Of a stretch of 64,000 bases of DNA, positions 13,292 through 28,745 are shown piece by piece (the first letter of the stretch is position 1; each line of letters starts with the position of its first letter). Source of the stretch: Octopus vulgaris (Eukaryota); NCBI GenBank assembly GCA_951406725.2, contig OX597814.1, positions 80,042,001-80,106,000 on the forward strand. The letters are read 5' to 3'. A program made the position numbers and the translations under genes. The notes beneath the pieces are model-generated. The model worked only from the letters and a program-made list of their open reading frames with translations. It was not told where the DNA came from and did not search any database.

Positions 13292-14633
13292 TAGTTTTAT
13301 TTTTATAGGGTGCTTTTACTTCACTACCGAGCGCAGCTCTGTGTACCTTAGGTATGTGCTGTGATTTGTTGTGATGCTCTGATGGTTATTGTATGGAAAG
13401 TGTTCTGCGTAGGATGTGCGCAGTGCCTAGTAATGCAATTTTCTGTATGTTATATGTGTTTGTAAGTCCTGGTGTTTTTGTTATGTATTTGTCTGAATAT
13501 TTTTTTATCATGCCTAATGCACCTACTATGATAGGAATTGTATCTGTTTTTAGATTCCACATTCTGGTTACCTCTATTTCCAGGTCTTTGTATTTTGAGA
13601 GTTTCTCCATTTCTTTTAGAGACACGTTGTCATCTGCCGGTATTGATACATCGATTAGAAAGCATTTTTTTTCTTCATAATCTCTGACAACTATATCTGG
13701 TCTGTTGGCCTTAATTTCTCTATCTGTGTGTATCGGCATATCCCAGAGTATGGTTACTTTCTCGTTTTCTGTGACCTTTTCTGGTGTGTGCCTATACCAT
13801 CTTTTTTCTGTTGTTATTCCATAACGTTGGAATAGCTTCCAGTGTATGTAGGTTCCAATTGTATCGGTTTTCCTTCCTTCTGAAGTAGATATTTTTGCAG
13901 TCCTATGGTGGTTATTTTATAGTAGTTTTCCAGCTGTATAAGGCCTCTACCACCTTCTATACGTTGTATATATAGTCTTTCTATGTCAAATTTTGGGTGA
14001 TGCATCCTAGATCCTGTCATTATTTTTCTTGTTTTCCTATCTATTTTGGTCAGTTCATTTAGTGTCCAGTTAAGGATATTGTAGCTGTAATTTATAACTG
14101 GGACAGCTAAAGTGTTGATACCTATTATCTTGTTTTTAGCATTGAGCTCTGTTCCAAGTATTGATCTAACTCGTCTATAATATTCTTTCTTTATTTTCTC
14201 TTTCATTTGTGTGTGTTGTGTCTTATCTAGTTCATGGATTCCTAAGTATTTGTAAGTTTGGCTTTGGTCTAATTCTTTTATTTCATTGGTTTTATCTAGT
14301 GTGATGTTGCTACTCTTAACTAGTTTTCCTCTTTTCATGGTTACTTTGGCGCATTTTTCTAATCCAAATTTCATATCTATTTCTTTGGTAAATCCATGAA
14401 CTGTCTTTAATAGTGTTTCCAGCTGTTTGTCATTTGCAGCGTATAGTTTTAGGTCATCCATATATAAAAGGTGGCTGATCGTTTTGCCGTAACATTTATA
14501 TCCGCATCCAGTTCTATTTAGCATATCAGATAGAGGTGACAGTGCCAAGCAGAAAAGGAGTGGAGAGTGCGTATCTCCCTGGAATATTCCTCTTCTAATG
14601 GGGATGGCTTTGGTTTTCATGTGTACCTCTTTT
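13289..14633 (-). mobile_element. R4/Dong-like RLE non-LTR retrotransposon, copy 1 (5'-truncated, 575-bp internal deletion)
   Basis: RT motifs RGIFQGDTHSPLLF and HLLYMDDLKLYA; RLE motif RPDIVV...LIDVSIP...KLSKYKDL; 3' end abuts (AAT)n; deletion junction at 13858/13859. Confidence 0.95.
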
Positions 14634-14634
14634 A

Positions 14635-14686
<52 letters not shown>

Positions 14687-14705
14687 TATTATTATTATCA
14701 TTTTT

Positions 14706-14798
<93 letters not shown>

Positions 14799-14801
<3 letters not shown>

Positions 14802-16717
14802 TAGTTTTATTTTTATAGCGTGCTTTCACTTCACTACCGAGCGCAGCTCTGTGTGCCTTGGGTATGTGCTGTGATTTGTTGTGATGCTCTGATGGTTATT
14901 GTATGGAAAGTGTTCTGCGTAGGATGTGTGCAGTGCCTAGTAGTGCAATTTTCTGTATGTTATATGTGTTTGTAAGTCCTGGTGTTTTTGTTATGTATTT
15001 GTCTGAATATTTTTTTATCATGCCTAATGCACCTACTATGATAGGAATTGTTTCTGTTTTTAGATTCCACATTCTAGTTACCTCTATTTCCAGGTCTTTG
15101 TATTTTGAGAGTTTCTCCATTTCTTTTAGAGACACGTTGTCATCTGCCGGTATTGATACATCAATTAGAAAGCATTTTTTTCTTCATGATCTCTGACCAC
15201 TATATCTGGTCTGTTGGCCTTAATTTCTCTATCTGTGTGTATCGGCATATCCCAGAGTATGGTTGCTTTCTCGTTTTCTGTGACCTTTTCTGGTGTGTGC
15301 CTATACCATCTTTTTTCTGTTGTTATTCCATAACGTTGGAATAGCTTCCAGTGTATGTAGGTTCCAACTCTGTCATGTCTGTGAATATATTCCTTCTTAG
15401 CCAGGACTGGGCAGCCAGAGATAATATGATTTATTGTTTCTTGTCCATCTCCACATATTCTGCAGTTACTTGTTATATTTCTTTTCATCACATGTTTTTG
15501 GTAATTTCTGGTGGGGAGGCTTTGGTCTTGTGCTGCAATTAAAAATCCCTCTGTCTCTGCTTTGAGTCCTGAGCTTCTCAACCATTGCTGGGATTTTTCT
15601 TTGTCTATTTCTTTTGCGTTTAGTTTAGTCCAGTATTTACCATGAAGGGGCTTTTCTTGCCGTCGTTTTATCATGGTTCGTTGCTGTTCTATTTTTAGTT
15701 TGGATTTCATTTGTTTTATAGCTTTTGTTGTTTCTTTGTTCTTCTTCTTCTTCTTCTTCTTCTTCTTCTTCTTCTTCTTCTTCTTCTTCTTCTTCTTCTT
15801 CTTCTTCTTCTTCTTCTTCTTCTTCTTCTTCTTCTTCTTCTTCTTCTTCATATTTACTAGGTGGTATGATTTCTTGTTTGTATTTGTCAGCTTCTTTAAA
15901 TACTGAGAACAGTTTTTTGTTTTGCTCGTGTTTTGCCGCTATTTGTATCGGTTTTCCTTCCTTCTGAAGTAGATATTTTTGCAGTCCTATGGTGGTTATT
16001 TTATAGTAGTTTTCCAGCTGTATAAGGCCTCTACCACCTTCTATACGTTGTATATATAGTCTTTCTATGTCAAATTTTGGGTGATGCATCCTAGATCCTG
16101 TCATTATTTTTCTTGTTTTCCTATCTATTTTGGTCAGTTCATTTAGTGTCCAGTTAAGGATATTGTAGCTGTAATTTATAACTGGGACAGCTAAAGTGTT
16201 GATACCTATTATCTTGTTTTTAGCATTGAGCTCTGTTCCAAGTATTGATCTAACTCGTCTATAATATTCTTTCTTTATTTTCTCTTTCATTTGTGTGTGT
16301 TGTGTCTTATCTAGTTCATGGATTCCTAAGTATTTGTAAGTTTGGCTTTGGTCTAATTCTTTTATTTCATTGGTTTTATCTAGTGTGATGTTGCTACTCT
16401 TAACTAGTTTTCCTCTTTTCATGGTTACTTTGGCGCATTTTTCTAATCCAAATTTCATATCTATTTCTTTGGTAAATCCATGAACTGTCTTTAATAGTGT
16501 TTCCAGCTGTTTGTCATTTGCAGCGTATAGTTTTAGGTCATCCATATATAAAAGGTGGCTGATCGTTTTGCCGTAACATTTATATCCGCATCCAGTTCTA
16601 TTTAGCATATCAGATAGAGGTGACAGTGCCAAGCAGAAAAGGAGTGGAGAGTGCGTATCTCCCTGGAATATTCCTCTTCTAATGGGGATGGCTTTGGTTT
16701 TCATGTGTACCTCTTTT
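14799..16717 (-). mobile_element. R4/Dong-like RLE LINE, copy 2 (chimeric, expanded internal GAA repeat)
   Basis: RT, CCHC knuckle CRICGDGQETINHIISGC and RLE domain; flanked by (AAT)n on both sides. Confidence 0.95.
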
Positions 16718-16718
16718 A

Positions 16719-16773
<55 letters not shown>

Positions 16774-16792
16774 TATTATTATTATCATTTTT

Positions 16793-18892
<2,100 letters not shown>

Positions 18893-18896
18893 AATA

Positions 18897-18945
<49 letters not shown>

Positions 18946-18946
<1 letters not shown>

Positions 18947-19403
18947 TTTTTTTTTCTTCTTTCAAATTTTCTTCCATTTCTTGCCGAGTGTCTTCCCGAC
19001 TCCTAGGGCAAAGAAACTCATAGTGTATATTGGTAGGCCATTAAACCAAACTCAGTAGTTCGTTCATTTAAAAAAATTTTTTTTTTTAAAGTTAAATTAA
19101 AATGCATGAGCAGCAACAGTTCTCACATCGACAATGCTCTTCTCAATACGTGTGATGTACCAGTTAAGACAATCTTTTGCACTTCTTGCAGGGATGGTAA
19201 GCCAGGGATCATTCTCATATAATTTTCGGTTCCCTTCTTGATCATTCCTAGTGCTCCTACGATCACTGGTATTGTAACCGCCTTGAGATGCCACATTTTC
19301 TCAATTTCAATGAGTAGGTCTTTATATTTTCTGAGCTTGTCAAACTCTTTCGCTGAGATATTATGATCACAGGGGATGCTCATGTCGATCAATAAGCAAA
19401 CTT
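18946..19403 (-). mobile_element. 3' fragment of a second R4/Dong-like family
   Basis: LIDMSIPCDHNISAKEFDKLRKYKDL...VIVGALG...QKIVLTGTSHVLRRALSM with a different 3' UTR; lies between ATT tracts. Confidence 0.9.
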
Positions 19404-19430
19404 TATTATTATTATTATTATTATTATTAT

Positions 19431-20360
19431 ACCGCCCTCCGCCAGGCGGGCAATGCGATCGGTAGTAGTTCCACTCTGGCGTTCTATAGAGGGTTAGTGG
19501 AAGAAAAGTGCGACGACGTTCTCGGGGAAACTCTAGGCGTTGATGATATCGAGTTGAACAGTCTGTTCAGAAGGACTTTCAGGCCGGGGCCAATGGATAA
19601 TTTCCAAAGGTCGCTCGCCTGGCAGTGCTACCGAGGGACACTGCCTGTTCGAAATAAACTCTACCGGCACGGACCTGCCCGAGGTGCTGCCAGGACGACG
19701 AAACCGTGGTGCACGCACTCGTCCAGTGCCCGAGTATTGCTGAACTATGGGTTTATGTCGAACAGCTACTGTCGCATATAGGACGGATCCAGCTATCAGC
19801 TGAATCCATAGTGAAGATTGCCCCGCCGACCTCCTTTAACCGGGAGGGCAAGGCAGTTTTCCTTTGCCTAGTGGCTGTAGCGAAAGAGGTGGTATGGTGG
19901 ACCCGTTTGAAAGGGCCAAGGTCAGACATTTTCCTCTTTGGCCAAGGCCTCGTCAACTTTTTCAAGTTTCACTTGAAAAGGAAGATGAGAGTAGAGAGGG
20001 AAGTACTGTCTCATAGCAAGTATATTGAAACCTGGGTGAATGTCGCAAGAATGGCCAGTATGAACGGATCAATTCTGAGAATACACCTGCGATTGAAAAA
20101 AGGTAATATAAAAGGAGAAAGGGGCTCTCTACCCCCCTTTTGACCAGGCTCCCATGCCTTTTATGGGTTTTTCCATGAGTAACCTTTCGAAGCTCCTTCC
20201 CCTTTTGGGAGTTTTATTTGTTACTTATATTTCGTTGTTATCCTGCTTTTTACCCGACTTTTTTTGAAAAACGGACAAAACCCTTTGTAACCTTTCGTCT
20301 TGTTTTGTCCCTACATGTTTTTAATTGATTTTTGTTAGCCTTTGTGGCCAATAAACGAAT
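19431..20360 (+). mobile_element. 3' fragment of an L1/Tx1-clade LINE
   Basis: LAWQCYRGTLPVRNKL, then a frameshifted CPRCCQDDETVVHALVQC knuckle (zf-RVT type), VVWWTR, T-rich 3' UTR and AATAAA just before (ATT)n. Confidence 0.85.
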
Positions 20361-20361
20361 T

Positions 20362-20362
20362 A

Positions 20363-20421
<59 letters not shown>

Positions 20422-20444
20422 CATCATTATTATTAGTATTATTA

Positions 20445-20508
<64 letters not shown>

Positions 20509-20614
20509 CATCATTATTATCATTATTATTATTATTATCAACATTATTATCATCATTATTTTTATTATTATAATCATCATCATCATCATTATTATTATTA
20601 TTATTATTATTATT
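20362..20614. repeat. (ATT)n/(ATC)n microsatellite
   Basis: Direct observation. Confidence 0.98.
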
Positions 20615-20711
20615 GAGTGAAAGAGCAGTGCATGCCATCAAAGTGACACTGGGGTAAAATATACGAAGCCCAATATACCCATCATGACTACCCGTCTGAT
20701 AAGGGTACACC
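20615..20711 (-). mobile_element. Non-coding (AAT)n-targeting retroposon, 5'-truncated copy
   Basis: Near-identical to 20737-20832; ATT tracts on both sides. Confidence 0.85.
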
Positions 20712-20736
20712 TATTATTATTATTATTATTATTATT

Positions 20737-21277
20737 GAGTGAGAGAGCAGTTCATGCCATCAAAGTGACACTGGGGTAAAATATACGAAGCCCAATATAC
20801 CCATCATGACTACCCGTCTGATAAAGGTACACCAGGCACATGCATCACAACCATATGTGCGCGACATGGTGATCTCATATCAAGATAAACAGCACATGAC
20901 CTTGCAGGTGGGGCCCAGTTAGAATTTTCTTCAGGTTGAGTAGCCCATCCCGCTCAAACGGTCCCTGAATAAGGGTTGTTTAAGGATGTTGAAAGAACCA
21001 CCCATGTTTCCAGAGGTGAACTATTCAAACCCCAAAGAATCCCTCTCAACACATGGCTATGATGCTCCCCCACTACTTCTGCTCGTGATCAGAGATGCAC
21101 ATATCGTCAGCCACTAAGGGACATGCTCAACTGGTTAAGGTTAAACAACTGACAAGCAAATCTGTGGTATTGAGCAGAATATTTGCTGTAGCCCATCTTT
21201 TATACCAAGACAAAACAATGTACATGATAACACTTCCAATCAGTTAAGATCAGAAGCCATGAGAGCCACTGCCTGGT
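20737..21277 (-). mobile_element. Non-coding (AAT)n-targeting retroposon, ~540 bp
   Basis: Reverse complement of 50771-51344; both copies sit between AAT tracts; no ORF. Confidence 0.88.
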
Positions 21278-21281
21278 AATA

Positions 21282-21357
<76 letters not shown>

Positions 21358-21497
21358 CATCATCATTATTATTATCATCATCATTATTATTATCATCATT
21401 ATTATCATTATTATTATTATTATCAACATTATTATCATCATTATTTTTATTATTATGATCATCATCATCATCATTATCATCATCATCATCATCATCA

Positions 21498-21572
<75 letters not shown>

Positions 21573-21700
21573 GAGATGGCAGAATTGTTACCGCGCCGAA
21601 ATATTTAGCAGCACCTCTTCGGACTTCAAACTCTGAGTTCAAATACCGCTGAGGTTGACTTTGCCTTCCATTCTTTCAGGGTCAATAATGCAAGTTCCTG
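21573..21700 (+). mobile_element. SINE family B, degenerate
   Basis: GAGATGGCAGAATTGTTA...CTGAGTTCAAATACCGCTGAGGTTGACTTTGCCTTCCATTCTTTCAGGGTC. Confidence 0.8.
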
Positions 21701-23363
21701 TTGATTATGCGTTCCTCTAGCCCCCTTCCTGCAACCTTTTTGTTCTTCTGGCAGTTAATTCTGGTTGTCAAGGTGCTCGTAAATGCTTTCTGTATGCATT
21801 CCTGTTAACTGCTTCCACATTAATGGTAAGTAAGTGACTGGTCTATAGTTGCTAACTGTATTATCCTTGCTCTTTTCTTTCATAATGAGTAACGTCCTTC
21901 CTCTAGTCATCCAATCCGGTATTATTCCTCTATTAAGGCAATCCTGAAGTTGTTCCCTCGGGCCCCCATGTAAACTACTAAATTTTTTTAGCCAGTACTC
22001 TTGAACTAAATCTGGTCCTGGGCCCTTTCAATTCGGCATTTTTCCTAACACTTTATTCATTGATGCACTAGATAGTCTTAGAGCTGGCTGCTTCTCACTC
22101 ACTATCTTTTTCCTAACTTTCTTTAACCATACTGCATTTCCATTATGATTGATTGGCTTATGTCAAATAATACTCCAGAACTTTCTAGCTTCCTCTGCAT
22201 TGGGTTTCTCATTTTCATTACTTCGATCTCCACTATTTATTTGGTTATAAAATCTCCTCTGGCCTGTCTCAAATAATCTCTTCTGTTGATACTGATCCAT
22301 TCTTTTCTGATATCTAGAGAGCTTGCCTGCTACTGTTATGATATGCTATTTCAACTCTTCTATTACTGTCCCAAATCCTTTCTCTTTGACTAAGTATCTT
22401 TTCTCGGGAGAAGATTTGCATCTTGTACTTCCTAACTTGTTCAGTTTCCAGGCTTCTATTCTACCCAGAACTTTACTTAAAGTCTTCACTTTATTATGTC
22501 GTCTTCTTTTCTATATTTGCTCTTTTTTAATATTTCTCTGTGAGATATCTAATCTTCTAGTGACTACTGCCTCTCTTGCAAAGAAGAATAAGTTAGTGTC
22601 TCCTATATTTTTAGTATCTATCCTAATGATAACAGTAGCTACTTTCCTAGTCATTTCTAGCAGCTTCCTTCTGTTGGTGCCTTTTAATGCTGGCAGCCTT
22701 TTTCTTACTTCCCTTACTTCCTGCAACTTATCTAAAATCTTCTGATCTTCCTCACTTAAATCACTTAGGTAGTTGGTGCCAATTGTCCTTTCCTTATTGG
22801 TAGCGCTATTATAATTTTTTCCTTTAGGTTCTTCTTTGGTTTGAGCTGTATCTCTTATGTTGTTGTTTGTCTTTCCTACTGTCTGGTCTTTCTTTTCCAG
22901 TTCTCCTCTACCTCAAATTATGTCATCCACTTTCTTCTTTTAATAATACTAGTTTGATCTGCTAATCTCTTCTCAGCCGCTTTAAATATATCCTTCTCTG
23001 CCCAAAGTGTAAACATCCGTTTTCTATAGCCCTTTCTTTTAGGTTCACTTTCTAAGTAGCACTGCATCGCTGTCCTGTTTTCTTCGCTGGTCCAATTCCT
23101 CCTCCTTACTCTATTATTCTGTGGTCACTCTGCATCTTTACTGAACCACTGCTGAGCGAGAGGCCTTCTCTTAAAGGTCCAGCTTCATTTTCGCTGATAC
23201 ACTCAGAGTTTCTTCGGAAAATCCTGTCTGTCATAAACTGAGGTAAGGTAACGTTCCCCACCAAAGTCATCACTACTATTACTTTTTGACATCTGATAGT
23301 TTCAAGCAACTTTCTATTGCATCCTTTGTTGCACCTTTGTGCTGGCGGGTGGTGTGTATTGCA

Positions 23364-23365
<2 letters not shown>
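21700..23365 (-). mobile_element. Decayed R4/Dong-like LINE, N-terminal region to start of RT (third family)
   Basis: Manual translation gives NWTSEENRTAMQCYLESEPKRKGYRKRM...EKRLADQ, RKRLPALK and KMPN*KGPGPDLVQEYWLKK; 5' end abuts (ATT)n at 23366-23435. Confidence 0.8.
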
Positions 23366-23436
<71 letters not shown>

Positions 23437-23449
23437 CTATACTCTTTAC

Positions 23450-23656
23450 TGTTTTATTTGTTTCAGTCATTTGACTGTGCCCATGCTGGAGCAATGCCAT
23501 TAGTCGAACAAATCGACCCCAGGACTTATTCTTTTAAGCCTAGCACTTATTCTATCGGTTTATTTTGCCGAACCGCTAAGTTACAGGGACGTAAACACAT
23601 CACAATCGGTTGTCAAGCAAAGTTGGGGGGACAAACATAAACACATATATACACAC

Positions 23657-23737
<81 letters not shown>

Positions 23738-23927
23738 TACATATATACGACGGGCTTCTTTCAGTTTCCTAACCCTAACCCTAACCTTAACCAAATCTAC
23801 TTACAAGGCTTTGGTCAGCCCGAGGCTATAGTAGAAGACATTTGCCCAAGGTGCCACGCAGTGGGACTGAACCCGGAATCATGTGATTCGTAAGCAAGCT
23901 ACTTACCACACAGCCATTCCTGTGCCT
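23450..23927 (-). mobile_element. SINE family A, full length, internal (TA)n and a (CCCTAA)n insert
   Basis: Head GGCACAGGAATGGCTGTGTGGTAAG...CCGGGTTCAGTCCCACTGCGTGGCACCTTGGGCAA through to the tail. Confidence 0.92.
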
Positions 23928-24305
23928 ATATTGATATTTGTTTTAATGTATAGTTACAATATAATAAAAACAACTTTACATTAATCTGATGGGTTACTCT
24001 ATACTTTTGTCGACTACAAATTTGTTATTCTCATGCACGAAAGCTTTGTTAGTGACTTCGAAGTTTCAGCCAGCTAAACCATCGCTGGCCTGCAATGCAT
24101 TAGAGATAGTCTTACCCTTATATAGTCTCTGTTTGGGGCTATAAAATCATCTTTGGGTGTATGTTGGTTTTAGTGGGGTGGTAATTAGGTTTTCATGGTC
24201 GGTTATTATGAAAAACATAAAAATTCTAAACAATAACACCACCATAAGTATATATACATATTATTATATATACAAGTATACATATATATGCATATATATC
24301 TATGT

Positions 24306-24390
<85 letters not shown>

Positions 24391-24884
24391 TATGTATACA
24401 TATAAATATCTGTTATCTGTTGCTTCCTTCCTCACTTCGCGGTACAGGAGAACCGTACTAGCCATTATCGTATGTAGAAACGATGTGTGCGTTATGATGT
24501 TTGAAGAATAAAAAAGGGTCACGTGAAAGCAGTAAACAAATGACAAATCATGCTGAGAAGCAATAGAAATTCAAATCAGATTCCTCCGCAGCATTAGTAA
24601 CACAGATTATCATATAGAAAGTGCTTTTAATACTCTATAATTGCTATTCAATACGCATGCGTATCGAGCTTATACAAGAAAAAATCCCGTGCAACATACA
24701 AACACACGCACACATACATACACACACATACACATGCAAATGTGTCTCATACACGGAAGTATATGCATGCAATTGCCCACATACATACACTTATATTCGT
24801 GCCCACATATGCCCATAAATGTGCACATACATCAATCAACGAACACGAATAATTAAGTATTCACATATTCACCTGCACACACGC

Positions 24885-24917
<33 letters not shown>

Positions 24918-25794
24918 TATACATACATACATACATACATACGTATACACACACACACACTCCTATGAATACAATCACTCAATCTTTCGTTGGAGTAAAA
25001 TATGTCAAGGTTTTCTCTTTCTCTCTCTCTATCTCTTTCTCTTCTCTCTCACTCTCTTCCCCTGCTCTGTCTCTTTCCTTTTCTGTCGCACATTCTCCAC
25101 CTTTGTTCTTACTAACTCTTGTACTATCTTCTTGCACATCTTTATTCCTTTCTTTGCACATCTCTCTATATTTCATTACAATTCTCCCTCCATCACTTCC
25201 CCATGCCTCTCTCTTTCAAACTATATATATATATATATATATATGTTTATATATATATATTTATATATATGTGTGTGTGTATGTATGTATGTATGTATGT
25301 ATGTATATGTATATACACGCACATACATATACACATATACACACATATACACATACACATACACATATATGTTCCCTTTCTCTATCACTTCCCCTAACTT
25401 CCTTCCTTTTCGTGCACCTGCATACGCTATAACAAATTACTTTTTGTTGAACATCTCGTCCAACAATTCTGTAATTTACTTTTCATTCATCTGCACACTT
25501 GCCACTTTTTCAGGTGTCTGCTTTCCGCACCCTACCGAAGAGTCTGAAGAATTTTTCAATAAAATAATATGCATACACGCTGTCATTAAAAACGATATCC
25601 TTCGTCTACCATACATCACCCTTCTCCAAAAAAATACAACCAACGAATAAACAAATAAACTGAATGTCAAAATGACATGCTGCCTGAAGTATTGTTTTGA
25701 TATTTTGGAAATTATTAAGCGGGTTCAATATCAGTGCAATATTTCAAGCATCTACGCTGGTCCCGCCAAAGGTGTTAGTTGTATTAAGGACTTT

Positions 25795-25952
25795 TGGTAA
25801 TTTCGTGGGGTGGAAGTAAGTCGATTACGTAGACTCCAGTACTCGACGGGTACTTGTTTTATTAACCCCATATGTATGAAAGGCAAAGTCGACCTCGACG
25901 AAATTTGAATTCAGAACGTAAAGACGGTAATGAATCTGCTAGCTCGCCGCCT
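25795..25952 (-). mobile_element. SINE family B, internally deleted
   Basis: TGAAAGGCAAAGTCGACCTCG...CAGAACGTAAAGACG...CTGCTAGCTCGCCGCC. Confidence 0.85.
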
Positions 25953-25985
25953 TAATAAAAATAACAATAACAACAACAACAACAA

Positions 25986-26275
<290 letters not shown>

Positions 26276-26301
26276 AATAATAATAATAATAATAATAATA
26301 A

Positions 26302-26513
26302 TCCTTTCTATTATAGGCACAAGGCTCGAAATTCAGGCGAGGGGAATAGTCGATTTCTTAGACCCCAGTACTCAATTGGTACGTAATTTATCGACCCCGA
26401 AAAAATGAAAGGCAAAGTCGACCTCGGCGCAATTTGAACTCAGAACGTAGCGACGGGCGAAATGCCGCTAAGCAGTGGGCCCTGCGCCGTAATGATTCTT
26501 CCAGCTCGCTGCC
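26302..26513 (-). mobile_element. SINE family B, full monomer
   Basis: Same head, body and tail as 4855-5047. Confidence 0.9.
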
Positions 26514-26689
26514 TTTTATTACTAGTATTAATGATACTAGTTTGACTTGTACGTATCAAAGTGTGAATTCTTTGCATCTTCTGTAGTATGAATGATTTAT
26601 ATACTATCACGCATACAAACACATACATCCATCCATCCATCCATTCTTACGTAATAAACATGCATACACATACTTACATATGTATATAC

Positions 26690-26732
<43 letters not shown>

Positions 26733-26796
26733 AATATATATATATGTATATACATATGTATATGTATATATATATATATACATATATGTATATAAA

Positions 26797-26860
<64 letters not shown>

Positions 26861-27459
26861 TGAATGTTTGTGTCAATGCTTTCAAATCGACTAAAGCTTG
26901 GGTGTTAATTTTATTTCTGCTGGATTTGCATTTGAGCAAAAATAAATAAACATAAACATTTGAATAAACAAATGAATGAGAGACGAATAAATAAGAACTA
27001 CATAATTTCCATAAGCGTATAAATAATTAGATTTGATTAATGTCGCAATCAACTTCAAAACGATTCCCACGGCATGTATCAATCAACTATAATAAAACAC
27101 CGACTTTCGATTACAGGTTTAATAATCGATATAATTATTTCATCGAAACTCGAGTTGTGTAAGAAAAGTGATTCGAGCACATTGAAACCATATATCCTAC
27201 AGTTATTAACGTTATTGCTGTTGTTGATTGATTTGTTTAGTGTTGTTCTCAACAAAGCTGTTCCATTTAAGCCATTGATTCCCCACTGGTGGGGCCTGGG
27301 AAAATTGTTGGTAGGGCGTGACGCCATAGTCGCCATGGACAAGGTTCTCGTTAAAGTGACTCACCTTTTTATTCTTAGTCAATAATGTACTTCTTTTATT
27401 GTGTACTTTATAAAACAGCTACCTGTAGGTTCTTTGTATCAAATAATTCTAATAGAATA

Positions 27460-27651
27460 TTGGTTTCAAATTTTGGTACAAGGCCAGCTATTTCGGGGAA
27501 TGAGATAAGTCGATTATATTGACTCCTCTACTCAACTGGTACTTATGTTATCTATCCCGAAAGGACGGAATTTCCACCCAGAACACGAAGACGGACGAAA
27601 TGCCACTAAGCATTTTGCTCGACGTCTTAACGATTCTGTCAGCTCGCCGCC
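27460..27651 (-). mobile_element. SINE family B, degenerate
   Basis: GGTACAAGGCCAGC...AAGTCGATTA...CTGTCAGCTCGCCGCC. Confidence 0.8.
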
Positions 27652-27714
27652 TTGATTGTGATAAAATATTAAAAAATAAAGTTGTTTTTTTCCAACCATT
27701 AGTGGAGCATAGAT

Positions 27715-27853
27715 TTTTCCCGAGGCTACAGTAGAAGACACTTACCCAAGGTGCCACGCAGTGGTAATGAACCCGGAACCATGTGGTTGGTAGGCAAGCT
27801 ACTCACCACACAGCCACTCCTGCGCCTATAGCTACTTACCACACAGCTACTCC
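27715..27853 (-). mobile_element. SINE family A 5' fragment with a short duplicated head segment
   Basis: CCCAAGGTGCCACGCAGTGG...ACCACACAGCCACTCCTGCGCC followed by a repeat GCTACTTACCACACAGCTACTCC. Confidence 0.85.
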
Positions 27854-28077
27854 TTATTTTCTTTTGCTTTTTTTAATCGACTGCAGATTGGTGAATTGCG
27901 GACCAGAAACTCAGAATGTACTTGACTAAAGGAACGTAGACAGACTAGCACTTTTGTGTAACCGTTCTCAGTAACGTTTGTCTCCATCGAGCTTTGGACA
28001 ATAAATATTAAAAATTTACCGGCGGACTTTGCACGAAAAGTTGAAGAAAAAACTGTTTTAAACTTACAAATTTAGAA

Positions 28078-28222
28078 CAGGCATGGATAACCTTTTTCGA
28101 GAAGCTCACTGTATGAGACATGACACATCATCAAGCGGGCGGCATTAGTAATAAAATTTATTGTAATTTTCCGTTGGCATGCCACTCAAAAATTGCTGCG
28201 GGCAGCAGTTTGCCCTTGACTG
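28078..28222. mobile_element. hAT-type MITE
   Basis: CAGG...CTG termini, subterminal GCGGGC motifs, 8-bp flanks ATTTAGAA / ATTTAAAA (7 of 8 identical). Confidence 0.6.
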
Positions 28223-28529
28223 ATTTAAAAAACTATTGCTTACCATCTTTTATTAATCATTTTCGTGTATGACAAAATTATTAATAAATTAAATTCCCTC
28301 ATTTTCGGCACCGCAATGACCAGAAGGAGCCCGGATAACTGAATTTTCCAGATATTTGATGATCACTCTTTCAGTTGTCGTAGCACCTTACAAACCCCAT
28401 TGAACCCCCTATATTCATCAGTATTGTCATTAATATTTTGAATGAATAGTGAAAATAGGAAAAAAATGAGAAGAAATAAAAATATAATTTAAGTAAAGAA
28501 TAAGTAAAGGTGAAGATGAGGCTGTGTGG

Positions 28530-28692
28530 AGGCGCAGGCGTGGCTATGTAGTAAGAAGCTTGCTTCCCAATCACATGGTTCCGGGTTCAGTACCACTGCG
28601 TGGCACCTTGGGCAAATGTCTTCTACTATAGCCTCGGCCAAGCAAAGCCTTGTGAGTGGATTTGGAAGACAACTGAAAGACCGTCGTGTATG

Positions 28693-28745
<53 letters not shown>

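Noticed and set aside
15637-16788. Intact 383-aa protein with poly-I and poly-E
   Set aside because: Truncated LINE RT read in from an ATT tract and frameshifted at the GAA repeat.
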